Positions 8,293 to 17,111 of a DNA stretch of 62,020 nt are shown here, piece by piece. Each line of letters begins with the position of its first letter. Position 1 is the first letter of the stretch. The position numbers and the translations under genes are program-made. The notes below the pieces were generated by a model. That model was given only the letters and a program-made list of their open reading frames with translations. It searched no databases and was not told where the DNA came from. This DNA comes from Planctomycetota bacterium. GTDB taxonomy: Bacteria; Planctomycetota; Planctomycetia; Gemmatales; Gemmataceae. The stretch is taken from positions 1-62,020 of the forward strand of contig JAPLNF010000297.1 in assembly GCA_026692965.1 (NCBI GenBank). Reading direction: 5' to 3'.

Positions 8293-9834
8293 ATGGAACT
8301 TACCGTCAATAATGTTTATGGGTTGATCTTGCGAAGCAAGCTGATGAAGCTTGATGAGGCGAAGATCGTATTGGATCGATGGAAAGAAGAATCCAAAACT
8401 GCACAATCCGATGTGATAAAGTTTGCTAACTGGCTTGTGAGCCGAAAGTATGTGACCGAATACCAAGCTAAGCTTTTGATCAAAGGCCATGCGGATGGGT
8501 ATTTTATTAATAGTTATAAGATTTCGGAAAAGCTGGGAACGGGCCGCATGGGCGGTGTTTACAAAGCAGAGCATGAAACCGGACAAGTTGTTGCTCTAAA
8601 AGTGCTGCCACCATCTAAGTCGCGTGAAAAAAATTTCCTGATGCGCTTCCACCGCGAAGCTCAGATGAATATGGAATTGATTCACCCGAATATTGTTCGA
8701 ACTTTTGAAACTGGAGTTTACAACGGTGTTCACTACATGGTTATGGATTACCTTGAGGGTGAAACACTCGATCAGTTTTTGAAGCGCTGTGGAAAAATTC
8801 CTCCTGATGAAGCCTGCCATATTGTTTATCAGGCCCTTCGGGGGCTTGATTGTATTTTTCAACATGGGCTTGTGCATCGAGATTTAAAGCCTGCAAACAT
8901 GATGCTTGCAGGCCCCATTCTTACTTCTAAGGTAATGGATAAAACTTTAAAAATTCTCGATATGGGTTTGGGAAAGCTCACCAAGAATAAAGAGCCCTTG
9001 CATCAGGTTGTGACCGCCTTGAACCTGACCGATGAAGGGGCGATTTTGGGCACCCCTGATTACATGGCCCCCGAGCAGGCTAGGGATGCTCGAAATATTG
9101 ATATTCGTGCTGATATTTACGGTCTAGGTTGTGTTCTATATCACTTGTTGACGGGTCAACCGCCTTTCCCTGATACCAACATTATAAACCAAATTATCAG
9201 GCATCAGACCGAAACGCCAAAGCCTGTGAACCAATTTAATTCCAAAGTTCCAGAGGGATTAAATAAGATCATAAATACAATGCTTGCGAAGGAGCCATCA
9301 GATCGCTATCAGACGCCCGAAAAATGTGCTCAAGCACTTGCGATTTTCTTGAATTCGGGGCCTTTTGTCGCACCTTCTGCCCCCGATTCCGAAAACAAAC
9401 TTAAAAAATACCTCACTTGGCTTGAAACTTCAAAAACTGCCCTCAAGGAAAAGAATAAAAAAGAAGAGGGCATTCTCTATGACCCTCCCTCAGAAAATAA
9501 TGCGGATCAAGATGTTGATAGTGATCCAGGTAATGAAGACGATTATTCAGTTACATTCGTATCAAGTATGCCCAAGGAAACTGATTCTTTCGCTTTTGAT
9601 AATCCAGAACCTGTGTATAAAAAAGCTATCAGAAAATCAAAGCCTGCCTCGGTTGGAGCTTTAAACTTATCTCGCTTCACTCGAAATGAATTATTATTGC
9701 TGGGCACAGGGATTGGGTTGGGCGCCCTCGCAACTTTAATAGGTTGTATCGTTGCTTTGGCCATCTTTTCATCTTCAAAAAAAGAGAATGAAACATCACC
9801 CTCACATCAAATGGGTGGAGATGGTAAAAAATGA
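8293..9834 (+). CDS. Ser/Thr protein kinase (Hanks type) with C-terminal transmembrane anchor
   Basis: GTGRMGGVYKA, VALKVL, HRDLKPANMML, DMGLG and DYMAPEQ motifs. TM segment LLLLGTGIGLGALATLIGCIVALAIF near the C-terminus. About 70-aa pre-kinase N-terminal region. Confidence 0.85.
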   Translation: MELTVNNVYGLILRSKLMKLDEAKIVLDRWKEESKTAQSDVIKFANWLVSRKYVTEYQAKLLIKGHADGYFINSYKISEKLGTGRMGGVYKAEHETGQVVALKVLPPSKSREKNFLMRFHREAQMNMELIHPNIVRTFETGVYNGVHYMVMDYLEGETLDQFLKRCGKIPPDEACHIVYQALRGLDCIFQHGLVHRDLKPANMMLAGPILTSKVMDKTLKILDMGLGKLTKNKEPLHQVVTALNLTDEGAILGTPDYMAPEQARDARNIDIRADIYGLGCVLYHLLTGQPPFPDTNIINQIIRHQTETPKPVNQFNSKVPEGLNKIINTMLAKEPSDRYQTPEKCAQALAIFLNSGPFVAPSAPDSENKLKKYLTWLETSKTALKEKNKKEEGILYDPPSENNADQDVDSDPGNEDDYSVTFVSSMPKETDSFAFDNPEPVYKKAIRKSKPASVGALNLSRFTRNELLLLGTGIGLGALATLIGCIVALAIFSSSKKENETSPSHQMGGDGKK

Positions 9835-10979
9835 TTTTTCGTGCCAAGCATTACCAAACCGAACAAATGGTTGATGTTTATTGTAATGATGGCAAAATTG
9901 TTTCTGTAGAAAAAGCAGGGAACTTTGTCCCGGATCATCAGGCAGCATACATTGCCCCTGCGTTTTTTGATTTGCAAATCAATGGTGCTATGGGTGTTGC
10001 TTTTAGTGATATCAACCTTGATGAAAGTGGAATCAGAAAGGTTCTTTCGGTTTGCATGTTGCACGGGATTTCAGGGATTTGCCCAACAATTATAACAAAT
10101 TCCCACGATGTTTTGCTTCATGGCTTTAACACCCTTCGAAAAGCTTGTGAAAGTGATCCTGTGATTGCCCGTGCCATGCCCTGCTTTCATCTGGAAGGCC
10201 CTTATATAAGTAACGAAGATGGCCCGAGGGGCGCCCACCAGAAGCATTATGTTCGCAACCCAATTTATGATGAATTTAAGGAGTATCAGGAGGCATCTGG
10301 AAATCGAATAAAATTGCTGACACTTGCGCCAGAGCTTCCGGGTGCAATTGATTTTATTCGGAAAATGAGCCTTGAAGGTGTTGTCGTTGCGATTGGTCAT
10401 ACTGCAGCAAGCCCCATGATTATTCGAGATGCAATTTCAGCGGGTGCCCGCCTTTCCACACATTTGGGGAATGGATCTCATGCCATGTGGCCTAGGCATG
10501 AAAATTATTTTTGGGAGCAACTCGGTTGTGATTCGTTATCTGCAAGTATTATTACAGATGGGCATCACCTACCTGAAGCTCTGATAAAAACTATCGTCCG
10601 AGTCAAGCCAATCGAAAAACAAATAATTACATGCGATGCCAGTGGGCTCGCTGGGCTTCCCCCTGGAAAGTATTCGATGTGGAATCAGGAGATAGAAATA
10701 TTATCAAATGGGAAGGTTGTGGTGCCTAGAACACCCTTTCTGGCGGGCTCAGGCTCTTTCACAGATGATTGTGTTGCTCATTTAATGTCTCTTGGGGTTG
10801 TTTTAATAGGCCAAGCAATCGAGATGGCAACAAATGCGCCCAGAAGATTGCTTCAATTGCCAGAGATTAAAATTGAGGCGGGCAGCGAGGCGAATCTGAT
10901 CCTGTTTGATTCCAACAACGATGTACCGTTCCGGATTAATCGTGTGATTATTGAAGGCGAAGTGCTTAACAAAAGTTAA
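9831..10979 (+). CDS. nagA: N-acetylglucosamine-6-phosphate deacetylase family amidohydrolase
   Basis: PAFFDLQINGAMGVAFSD, HLEGPYIS, TLAPE, GHTAAS, THLGNG and ITDGHH are collinear with NagA metal and substrate motifs. Its ATG overlaps the kinase stop (ATGA at 9831-9834). Confidence 0.75.
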   Translation: MIFRAKHYQTEQMVDVYCNDGKIVSVEKAGNFVPDHQAAYIAPAFFDLQINGAMGVAFSDINLDESGIRKVLSVCMLHGISGICPTIITNSHDVLLHGFNTLRKACESDPVIARAMPCFHLEGPYISNEDGPRGAHQKHYVRNPIYDEFKEYQEASGNRIKLLTLAPELPGAIDFIRKMSLEGVVVAIGHTAASPMIIRDAISAGARLSTHLGNGSHAMWPRHENYFWEQLGCDSLSASIITDGHHLPEALIKTIVRVKPIEKQIITCDASGLAGLPPGKYSMWNQEIEILSNGKVVVPRTPFLAGSGSFTDDCVAHLMSLGVVLIGQAIEMATNAPRRLLQLPEIKIEAGSEANLILFDSNNDVPFRINRVIIEGEVLNKS

Positions 10980-11279
10980 GTAAAATGGATTGATTTATCT
11001 TTAGAGATGGTCTTTGCCATGGGGAAACCCATTAAATTGCAAATTCAAATTCCCTGTGTATAAGAAAAGGTTTTGGACTAATTTGTATCACGCTGATGCT
11101 AGTTAGTAGAGAGTGAGATAAGTCCTTATTTGAGGGGTATGATGGCGGATTTGTTCCGCTCTTGAAAAACTGAAGAAATGAAGAAGTTTCTTTGTTGTAT
11201 TGGTTAAAGTGCTGGCATAGGATAAATCCAATGCATTACATTGTGGTTTAATCAGAATTTAATTAGGTTGAAGTTATCA

Positions 11280-12566
11280 ATGAGCCAAGCAATCTCCAAA
11301 GCTAAAATTCATGTCGAAAGAATGATGCACCGTAATAGTATCGCAGTTGCCGGTGAATCAATTGCGAGTTATGCACTATTGAAATTGATTCCAGCAGTTG
11401 GTGGCGGCGGGGCTTCAATCGGCATCAACATGGCCATGGTTTTGGATGTTTCAGGGTCAATGTATGAAGAAGATGGTACTGGTAAAAGCCGTATTAGTAG
11501 AGTTCAAGAAGCCGCTTGTTCTGCTTTGAATTTCTTAAGACCAAATGATTCGATTGCCATTGTTGCCTTTGCAAATAATGCTGAATTAGTATTGCCTACC
11601 ACTTTGGTTTCTCAAAAAGATAAAATTATTGATGTCATCATGCGCATTGATATGTTCAATGTTGATGCCGGCGGCACATCAATGGATCAAGGTATCGAAT
11701 TAGCCCTTGCTGAACTTCAGAAAAGTACGGGTACTGGAAATATCTCACATTTGGTTGTTCTTACCGATGGCGAAACTTCAGGCGAGCAGTTGTGCAAAGA
11801 ATACGCTAAAGCTTCTGCCGAGAAGAAAATTAATTTTAGTGTGATTGGTGTTGGCACCGAGTGGAATTCAGGTCTCATAAAAGATCTTGCATCATTATCA
11901 AATGGAAAATGGCATTACATTGATGTTAATCAGGTTGATTCTGCTCAGAAAGTTTTTGCTAGCGAGTTTCAAAGACTTGCAGCAGTAGGCTTTCGGGATG
12001 TGCAAATTCATTTTCGCCTAATGAAAGATATTAAAATCAGGCGAGTTCGCATGGTTGTGCCTGAAATTAAAGATTTGCCTTTGGTGGAAGTTGAAGATCG
12101 GCATTCTGTTGCGCAACTTGGCACCTTGGAAAAAGATAAGACCTCCCGTTATATTCTTGACCTTAGCCTTCCCAAACGGCCTGATGGAAAGTTTAAGCTT
12201 CTTGATGTTGAAATAACTTTTGATACGGGATCAGGTGTTAAAGAATCTAGTGGATTGATCCCCATTGAAATGGCATATACCGCTGCAGGTAATGGCTATA
12301 TTAATGCTGAAGTTGCAAAGCATATTGATGAAGTTCAGATTTTTGAATTAAACAAGAATCTGCAAAATGCCATTTCTACTGGTAATAATCAAGAAGCCGT
12401 TCGAGTTGCTCAAAGTATTGAGAAAAAAGGTGAAGTTATGGGTGCTAGGGCAGCAAAGAAAACAATGCTTGCCAAGCAGGTGCTTGCTGAAATTAATCAA
12501 GGCGGTAAAGTTTCTAAAAAGACTCAGTTGGCAGTTGATGATGCGGCACGTGCCGCTGATGAGTAA
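11280..12566 (+). CDS. cytoplasmic von Willebrand factor A (vWA) domain protein with intact MIDAS
   Basis: MVLDVSGSM (DxSxS), GGTSMDQG and VVLTDGETSG motifs. No signal peptide. K/A-rich helical tail. I prefer the ATG at 11280 (MSQAISK) over the TTG at 11241 in the ORF track. Confidence 0.8.
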   Translation: MSQAISKAKIHVERMMHRNSIAVAGESIASYALLKLIPAVGGGGASIGINMAMVLDVSGSMYEEDGTGKSRISRVQEAACSALNFLRPNDSIAIVAFANNAELVLPTTLVSQKDKIIDVIMRIDMFNVDAGGTSMDQGIELALAELQKSTGTGNISHLVVLTDGETSGEQLCKEYAKASAEKKINFSVIGVGTEWNSGLIKDLASLSNGKWHYIDVNQVDSAQKVFASEFQRLAAVGFRDVQIHFRLMKDIKIRRVRMVVPEIKDLPLVEVEDRHSVAQLGTLEKDKTSRYILDLSLPKRPDGKFKLLDVEITFDTGSGVKESSGLIPIEMAYTAAGNGYINAEVAKHIDEVQIFELNKNLQNAISTGNNQEAVRVAQSIEKKGEVMGARAAKKTMLAKQVLAEINQGGKVSKKTQLAVDDAARAADE

Positions 12567-12658
12567 TCTGTTTATCTGGCGTGATTAACAGGCAAGATGC
12601 CGCTATGGAATAGGAATTTAGTATTCAGTTTTAAGTCGAGTTTAAGAGAGGTGTTTCA

Positions 12659-13369
12659 ATGGTTGTATGTCCTTTTTGCCATTTTGAAAATGAAGACGGT
12701 GCCCTTTTTTGTGAGCAGTGCAAGTCTGATCTCACAGGTGTGGATTCTGCTCCGGTAGTACCTGTTGCTGCTGAGGCCCCGCCTCTTCCCGTTGCCGAAG
12801 CAATTGAGGAAGCTATACCTTTTGCCATGGCTGATGCGATTGAGGTCGTTGAAGAAGTTCCTTCTTTCCCAATGGCTGAGATGGCTGTAGAAGAGGTTCC
12901 ACCCTTGCCTGTTGCTGAAGCGATGCCGGAACCTGTTGTTGAAGAAGTTGCCCCTGCCCCAATTGCTGAAGAAGTTGCCCCCGCCCCAATCGCAGCGGTT
13001 CCTGTTGCCTCACCTGTTTCGGATGACCCTTATTTTGTGTCGGATTCTGCGAATCCCCGCTTGTATGTGGTGCGTGGCCAGAAACCTAAGGTCGAATTCC
13101 CAATTCTTGGCGGCCTTAACTTTGTCGGTAGAGCAGATGATAAACCTGTTGATATCGACCTTGAAGATCAAGAAAACCCCGAGCGAGTTTGGGCAAGTAG
13201 GCAGCATGCTGTTATTGAGTTCGAAGATAATAAAATAACTATCGAAGATCTTAATAGTTCAAACGGTACTTTCTTAAACCGAAATAAGATTTACCCCGGA
13301 CAGAAGATGCCACTCAAGGCTAACGATATGGTGCAAATTGGTAATATTCAAATGAAGGTTATGCTTTAA
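12659..13369 (+). CDS. zinc-ribbon / disordered P-A-E-V linker / FHA domain protein
   Basis: N-terminal CPFC...CEQC ribbon. About 110 aa of EEVPxxPxAE-like repeats. C-terminal FHA with FVGR, ASRQHA and SSNGTF motifs. Confidence 0.85.
   Translation: MVVCPFCHFENEDGALFCEQCKSDLTGVDSAPVVPVAAEAPPLPVAEAIEEAIPFAMADAIEVVEEVPSFPMAEMAVEEVPPLPVAEAMPEPVVEEVAPAPIAEEVAPAPIAAVPVASPVSDDPYFVSDSANPRLYVVRGQKPKVEFPILGGLNFVGRADDKPVDIDLEDQENPERVWASRQHAVIEFEDNKITIEDLNSSNGTFLNRNKIYPGQKMPLKANDMVQIGNIQMKVML
12941..12994 (+). repeat. 27-nt tandem duplication inside the FHA-protein linker
   Basis: GAAGAAGTTGCCCCTGCCCCAATTGCT (12941-12967) is followed directly by GAAGAAGTTGCCCCCGCCCCAATCGCA (12968-12994). It encodes EEVAPAPIA twice. 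Confidence 0.8.
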
Positions 13370-13396
13370 TAGTGCGCCTTCGAAGTTGATGTTTTG

Positions 13397-13432
13397 GCGC
13401 AGTTCGATAAACAACGGCTGCGCTTTTTTTTT
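13397..13432 (+). terminator. weak hairpin plus T9 run after the FHA gene (possible partial terminator inside the cluster)
   Basis: GCGCAG (13397-13402) ... CTGCGC (13418-13423) followed by TTTTTTTTT. The stem is short and the loop long. Confidence 0.35.
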
Positions 13433-13468
13433 GAATCTCTAACTTGGATTGTGTGAGTAATAGTAATC

Positions 13469-16138
13469 ATGATGATGACTTGCCCCAAGTGTTCCAGAGC
13501 TAATCCACAAGAAGCTGTTTATTGCTATTTCGATGGCTTTGTTTTAGGCGGTGCCGCTGCTGGAACGGGCCCCCTTGCAATCAATAGCCTTAGATTCCCA
13601 AGTCCATTTGTTTTTATGAGTGGCCGCTCCTGCCTTAATTTTGACGACCTTGCCATTGCCTGTCATGAAGAATCCAAGCCCGCTGCTGACATGTTAAAAC
13701 AAGGTTTCCTTGAATCTTTTCTTGCAAGTATTGGTCGAATCGATTTGTCGATGGCTGCGAAGGAAGCTGCGAAATTCCCTGATTCCTCTCGTGGTTTGGA
13801 CGAACTCTTGGGGAAGTTTCCTTCTTCTGTGTTGTCTGAAGCAAGGCTTAATCTTTCTTCTCAAGAAATCAATCTTGGGGTTCTAAGCAGAACAGCCAAG
13901 CGAGAAATTAAAATTACGATTGAAAATGGGGGTATGCGCCTTCTTTTTGGTTCCATCACTTCGGATAGTACTTGGCTTGCCATCGGGGAAACTGGGAATG
14001 CTTCGGTTAAGAATTTTCAAACCACTGGTGAATTAACGGTCCCGCTTCGGATTGTTCCTGAAAAATTACGCGCATCTGATAAGCCACTTGTTGCCAAATT
14101 AAAAATTGATTCTTCTGGTGGAAGTTCGGTGGTGCTAATTCGGGCCGAAGTCCCTGTCACGCCATTCCAACTTATGCCGCTTTCTGGGGCTCTCAACCCC
14201 AGGCAAATAGCTTCTAAAGCTAAAGCCAATGCTAAAGAATCTGCCATTCTTTTTGAAAACGGCTCTGTTGCCAAGTGGTACGAAAGCAATGGCTGGTCTT
14301 ATCCTGTGCAAGGGCCTAGCGCAACAGGAATGGGGGCAATTCAGCAGTTTTTTGAAGCGTTGGGTCTTACACCCCCGCCCAAAACTTTTATTAATCAAAC
14401 GGTGATCAATCTTGAAGGTGCTCCAGGGCAGGAACTTGTATTTGAGTTGACTGTTGGTACCGAAGATAAGAGGCCTGTTTTCGCTCATGGTTTTGCAGAT
14501 CAATCTTGGATTACTGCGAAAAACCCCAAGTTGACAGGTAGCAGTGCGGTTCTTGGATTTGTTATTCCTCAAATTCCTGATAGACCCGGTGAATTGTTGG
14601 TTTCAAAAATAGCAGTCACTTCTAATGGGAATCAGAAGTTTCTAGTGCAGGTAAATGTTCAAGTATCTGGAAAGTATGTGGCTCCAAAGGTTGAGCCATC
14701 GCCTGAGTTGGTTTTTACTAAGCAGCCAGTTTTTGTTCCTGGTGCCCCGCCCCCAACCGATATTCCAGAAGCTGAAGATACCATTAAAGTTGATTCAACT
14801 TTAAGAAAGAAAGCCAAAGGGCCTAATTCTTCGATCCCCTTGATTCATTTTGTGCCCTTTGCGGGTTTGGTTTCTTTGATGGTTATATTGTTGATAGCGG
14901 ATGCAGGTGTTGGGGTGGGTGGCAAAACTGAAGGGGGAGCAGCGGTAGCGAAAAATGAAAGCGCACAAAGTTCCTTTGGTTATTCCTTCGACATTGACAA
15001 AAAGTCTGAATTAAAGCTCGATTTTAGTCATAAGCCAAAGTCTAGGAATTATCGTTTTGGTCTTTTTGCTGCTGATAAAAAGGATCCTAAAGATGAGTCG
15101 AAAAATCTTAGGCTCACCTATGATCAGGAGGGTGATTCAAATAACACACGAGTTCGTATTGATGATTCAGACTTCTTGTTTGCCCAATTAAAAAGCACAA
15201 GTATTACTGAAGATAAAGAGGACTTTGAAAAGCGTGTATGGCGTGTTTCGTGTGATTATCGGTTAAAGGGTGAAAGAATTAAAGTTTCACAGTTTGTTCA
15301 AATTGTTCCCGGCAGTCAATCAGGCAACTTGGATACTTGTATTATTCGTTATACCGTTGAAAACAAAGGGAAAAACAGTCATAAAATTGGTCTTAGAATG
15401 ATGCTTGATACCTTCATTGGTAGCGAAGATGGGGTTCCGTTTGTTGTTCCAGGTATGGATGGGTTTGTCACGAAGTTTACTGAGTTTACTCAGAAAGATA
15501 TGCCAGATTTTATTGAGGCAATGCAGTTTCAAAATCTTGATACTCCTGGTGTTATTGCCCACCTTGGTTTAAAGGGCTTTCAGCTCCCCGATTGTGAACC
15601 AGAACCTTTATATAAACTCTATTTGGGTGAAAACCCAGGAAGTAAAGAGTTTGGCTACGATGCAGATGCTTCAGATCTAGCCATTAAAAAAGGCAAGGAT
15701 GGTTCTCGCTTTACTGATTCCGTTGCCTTCCTTTATTGGAATGAAAGAGACACCAACCCAGGTGAAGTCAGAGAATTTGTTTTTAGTTATGGTTTAGGGG
15801 AAATATCAAAACCGGATGGCAGCTCGGGCGGCAAACTTTCTGTAACCACCGGTGGTAACACTAACGCAGGTAAAACCTTCACCCTTACCGCTTTGGTTAA
15901 AGATGCCACGAAGGGTCAGGCTGTTATAATTGCTTTGCCTGAGGGCGTTAACCTTGCATCGGGTGAAACAAAAGAAAAAACAATTGTTGAGGTAGATAGG
16001 TCAACCCAGATGTCGCAGGTTTCGTGGAAGGTTAGTGCATCAAAGGCTGGGGTTTATTCGTTAAAGGTTGCAAGTGGGCAGTTTAGTTCGCAAACAAAAG
16101 TTCAGGTTCGTGAAGCTTCCAGTAGTTTGTTTAGGTAA
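13469..16138 (+). CDS. zinc-ribbon, single-pass membrane protein of unknown function (889 aa)
   Basis: N-terminal CPKC...YC ribbon-like motif (only 3 Cys). About 450 aa with two beta-rich, Ig-like-looking segments. One TM (IPLIHFVPFAGLVSLMVILLIADAGVGV). About 400 aa follow with no motif I recognise, ending in another Ig-like segment. Confidence 0.7.
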   Translation: MMMTCPKCSRANPQEAVYCYFDGFVLGGAAAGTGPLAINSLRFPSPFVFMSGRSCLNFDDLAIACHEESKPAADMLKQGFLESFLASIGRIDLSMAAKEAAKFPDSSRGLDELLGKFPSSVLSEARLNLSSQEINLGVLSRTAKREIKITIENGGMRLLFGSITSDSTWLAIGETGNASVKNFQTTGELTVPLRIVPEKLRASDKPLVAKLKIDSSGGSSVVLIRAEVPVTPFQLMPLSGALNPRQIASKAKANAKESAILFENGSVAKWYESNGWSYPVQGPSATGMGAIQQFFEALGLTPPPKTFINQTVINLEGAPGQELVFELTVGTEDKRPVFAHGFADQSWITAKNPKLTGSSAVLGFVIPQIPDRPGELLVSKIAVTSNGNQKFLVQVNVQVSGKYVAPKVEPSPELVFTKQPVFVPGAPPPTDIPEAEDTIKVDSTLRKKAKGPNSSIPLIHFVPFAGLVSLMVILLIADAGVGVGGKTEGGAAVAKNESAQSSFGYSFDIDKKSELKLDFSHKPKSRNYRFGLFAADKKDPKDESKNLRLTYDQEGDSNNTRVRIDDSDFLFAQLKSTSITEDKEDFEKRVWRVSCDYRLKGERIKVSQFVQIVPGSQSGNLDTCIIRYTVENKGKNSHKIGLRMMLDTFIGSEDGVPFVVPGMDGFVTKFTEFTQKDMPDFIEAMQFQNLDTPGVIAHLGLKGFQLPDCEPEPLYKLYLGENPGSKEFGYDADASDLAIKKGKDGSRFTDSVAFLYWNERDTNPGEVREFVFSYGLGEISKPDGSSGGKLSVTTGGNTNAGKTFTLTALVKDATKGQAVIIALPEGVNLASGETKEKTIVEVDRSTQMSQVSWKVSASKAGVYSLKVASGQFSSQTKVQVREASSSLFR

Positions 16139-16152
16139 CGGAATTTAGCCAT

Positions 16153-17070
16153 ATGAGTTTTAATCTTTTTCTTTACTATTGTGCGATATTTGGTGCCTAT
16201 GCGGCCTTAAGTGCTGCATTTATATCCAGATTGGTAACCAAAAATATATCTTCTGAAATATGGCAATCCGTGATTGATGGTGCTTTAGTAGGCGCGTTTA
16301 TTTCTTTTGCTGTTGGTGTTCTTGATACGGTTTGGAGTACCGGGAAGTCTGACGTTAAAAAGCTTGTAATTCGCTCCTTGGGCGCTGGCTTTGTTGGCCT
16401 TTTTGGTGGCATTTTGGGAGGTGTTACGGGTTCGTTTATTGTTCGCATTACTGGAGTCCAATTTTTTGTTCTAATCGGTTGGACGATTTCTGGCCTACTT
16501 ATTGGCTTGTCACTTGGGCTTTTTGATTTGGTATTTGCACTTGCAACAAAGTCCCCTGCCCCTCATGACAACAAAATTAAAAATGGGCTTATGGGTGGTG
16601 CACTGGGTGGTTTTCTTGGTGGTGCATTCTTTTTGTTCTTCAAATTAAGCCTTGGGGCCATTTTTGACAGAGAGAATCTTCTTAGTGCTAGTGGTCTTGG
16701 GTTTGTTGCCTTGGGTGGTGCTGTTGGTTTCTTTATTGGTTTGGCGCAAGTGGTGTTAAAGGAAGCTTGGGTGCGTGTTGAAGCGGGTAAAAGAATTGGG
16801 AAAGAACTTATTCTTTCTAAGCCTGAAACCTTTTTTGGAAGGGCCGAAACCTGTGACATAGGCCTGTTCGGTGATAATTCGATTGAAAAGATTCATGCGA
16901 AATTGTTAATGCAAAAAAATCGGTACTTGATTGCAGATGCTGGTAGTGCTTCGGGAACTTTTCTGAATGATCAGAAAGTTACCAAACCCACCGAACTAAA
17001 GGCGGGGGATCTTATTCGCTTGGGAAGTTATCTTTTAAGGTTTAACGAGAAGCCTGGGAAAAAGAAATGA
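16153..17070 (+). CDS. glycine-zipper multi-pass membrane protein with C-terminal FHA domain
   Basis: Several TM segments rich in GxxxG (GAGFVGLFGGILGGVTGSF, GGALGGFLGGAFFLFF, GLGFVALGGAVGFFIGLA). Then FFGRAE...GSASGTFLN...GDLIRLG, an FHA-like domain. Starts 14 nt after the preceding gene. Confidence 0.8.
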   Translation: MSFNLFLYYCAIFGAYAALSAAFISRLVTKNISSEIWQSVIDGALVGAFISFAVGVLDTVWSTGKSDVKKLVIRSLGAGFVGLFGGILGGVTGSFIVRITGVQFFVLIGWTISGLLIGLSLGLFDLVFALATKSPAPHDNKIKNGLMGGALGGFLGGAFFLFFKLSLGAIFDRENLLSASGLGFVALGGAVGFFIGLAQVVLKEAWVRVEAGKRIGKELILSKPETFFGRAETCDIGLFGDNSIEKIHAKLLMQKNRYLIADAGSASGTFLNDQKVTKPTELKAGDLIRLGSYLLRFNEKPGKKK

Positions 17071-17111
17071 TCTTTATTCTTTTACAGGTTCATAAATTAA
17101 GGTCTTAAGCT

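Noticed and set aside
8239-8586. 115-aa minus-strand ORF spanning the divergent region and the start of the kinase gene.
   Set aside because: It overlaps the kinase N-terminus, which is conserved with the second kinase-like protein in the window. No motifs.
11241-11279. TTG-initiated 13-codon N-terminal extension of the vWA ORF given in the track.
   Set aside because: The extension (MWFNQNLIRLKLS) looks non-native. The ATG at 11280 gives a sensible N-terminus. This remains uncertain without homologues.
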